A DNA stretch of 61,363 nt, the filler included, from Basidiobolus ranarum (taxonomy: Eukaryota): assembly GCA_040143965.1 (NCBI GenBank). It is 18 parts of 18 records of this genome, joined end to end, with 100 filler letters (N's around TTAATTAATTAA, not from the genome) between each part and the next. Parts side by side here need not be neighbours in the genome. Positions count along the whole stretch, not along the records: positions 58,061 to 61,363 come from JASJQH010009456.1; 17 more parts are not named here. One strand, 5' to 3'. Position 1 is the first letter of the stretch. Each line of letters begins with the position of its first letter. Under the pieces are notes generated by a model, which did not search any database, was not told the origin of the DNA, and was given only the letters and a program-made list of their open reading frames with translations. Positions 60,491 through 61,363 of the stretch are shown piece by piece. The translations under genes and the position numbers were made by a program.

Positions 60491-61276
60491 ATGGCAAGTT
60501 CTTACATGGATTCTTCTTGGGGTTAAATATACAAAAATATTAGAGTTAGGTGATGTATTCTGGTTCTTTTCATTCAACAATGGAGTATTTTCTTTGTATC
60601 TTTGCTCGAACTCTTACTTCGCTCCATTTACTGTATTTACACTTGATTGGCGATAAGTAAATATTTTTGGTTTCGTGTGCGACATGAGCAATTACTTTTT
60701 TTCTCGAGAGTAGTTAAATAAAGTATGGCTTTTCAGTCATGCTGAATCCAATTGGAGAATCAATTATCGATTTTTTCCGCTTCATTGAGATCTAAACAAG
60801 AATGCATCTTGGCGAGTCTAGCATACACATTGAGATTCCAGATTTGAAAGTACTAATAAGTGACTCGACGGGCAATCTTGGAGTACTTTTATGGTAGTCC
60901 ACCCACTTGGATATAAAACAAGAGTAGAGATTGGCTAGGCTCTTGGTAGACCAGGGATAGGAGACATATGGATTTGAATCTGATAATAGTAATCTGATAA
61001 GTAATATTTCCTAAACTAAGGATGTATCTCTACTAATGGAACAGTTTAACCATTGCACCTGTAACATTTCCATTACACAAAAGCACTTTAGTCGAGTATT
61101 CTCATGCAATCCCCATCGAATTCATGTTAGTCACAATTTATCTGATTTTCTGCCAGCTTTTGATGATTTTTTGATGGATTATCTCACTAAATACTTCCGT
61201 TTTCCCCATGAAATTATTGGGATATCCTATAAAAAGGGAAGAATCTGATTACCAATGCACATCAAGTTTTTCCAAC

Positions 61277-61363
61277 ATGCATTTCACTTCCTCTACTTTA
61301 ATCCTCATCAGCGCTGTTGCCGCCACTTTGGCTCAATCTGAGTTCAATATCCCCAGTGCCGGT
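61277..61363 (+). CDS. N-terminus (signal peptide) of a secreted protein, truncated by the window end
   Basis: MHFTSSTLILISAVAATLAQSEFNIPSAG, with TATAAAAA at 61228 and a CAACATG start context. Confidence 0.7.
   Translation, partial: MHFTSSTLILISAVAATLAQSEFNIPSAG

Overview
This window is not one locus. It is 18 unlinked contigs of about 3.3 kb (3327 down to 3303 bp, never increasing), joined by identical artificial 100-nt linkers (44 N + TTAATTAATTAA + 44 N), so nothing can be inferred from adjacency across a linker. The DNA is eukaryotic and AT-rich, with short GT-AG introns and fungal-type genes. It most likely comes from an early-diverging fungus; Basidiobolus-like is my inference from the many intronless NRPS modules plus animal-like gene families. 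Contents: (i) three NRPS fragments: an open C-A-T module whose contig ends overlap in frame, an open C-A-T-E fragment, and a decayed C-A...E pseudogene; (ii) host genes: TFIIE-alpha, a PHO89/PiT phosphate transporter, a divergent HSF, a STEAP-type metalloreductase, a SERTA-like protein, a NAT8-like GNAT, a TMEM230-like protein, a GT8 with a premature TAG, a CsbD-tailed hydrophilin, a Gly/Asp-rich low-complexity protein, tandem small secreted Cys proteins, a small protein with a PKI-like RRNAI motif and an atypical tRNA-Arg(CCT); (iii) many CpG-depleted transposon relics: three copia LTR families, gypsy remnants, and an EnSpm/CACTA-type (CMC) DNA transposon with CCCTAACA termini. The strongest leads are the apparently tandem-repeated NRPS module, the animal-like regulators and reductase (STEAP, SERTA, PKI-like motif), and LTR insertions recurring 4-5 bp from the DNA-transposon end. 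All family assignments come from manual motif recognition; no searches were run.
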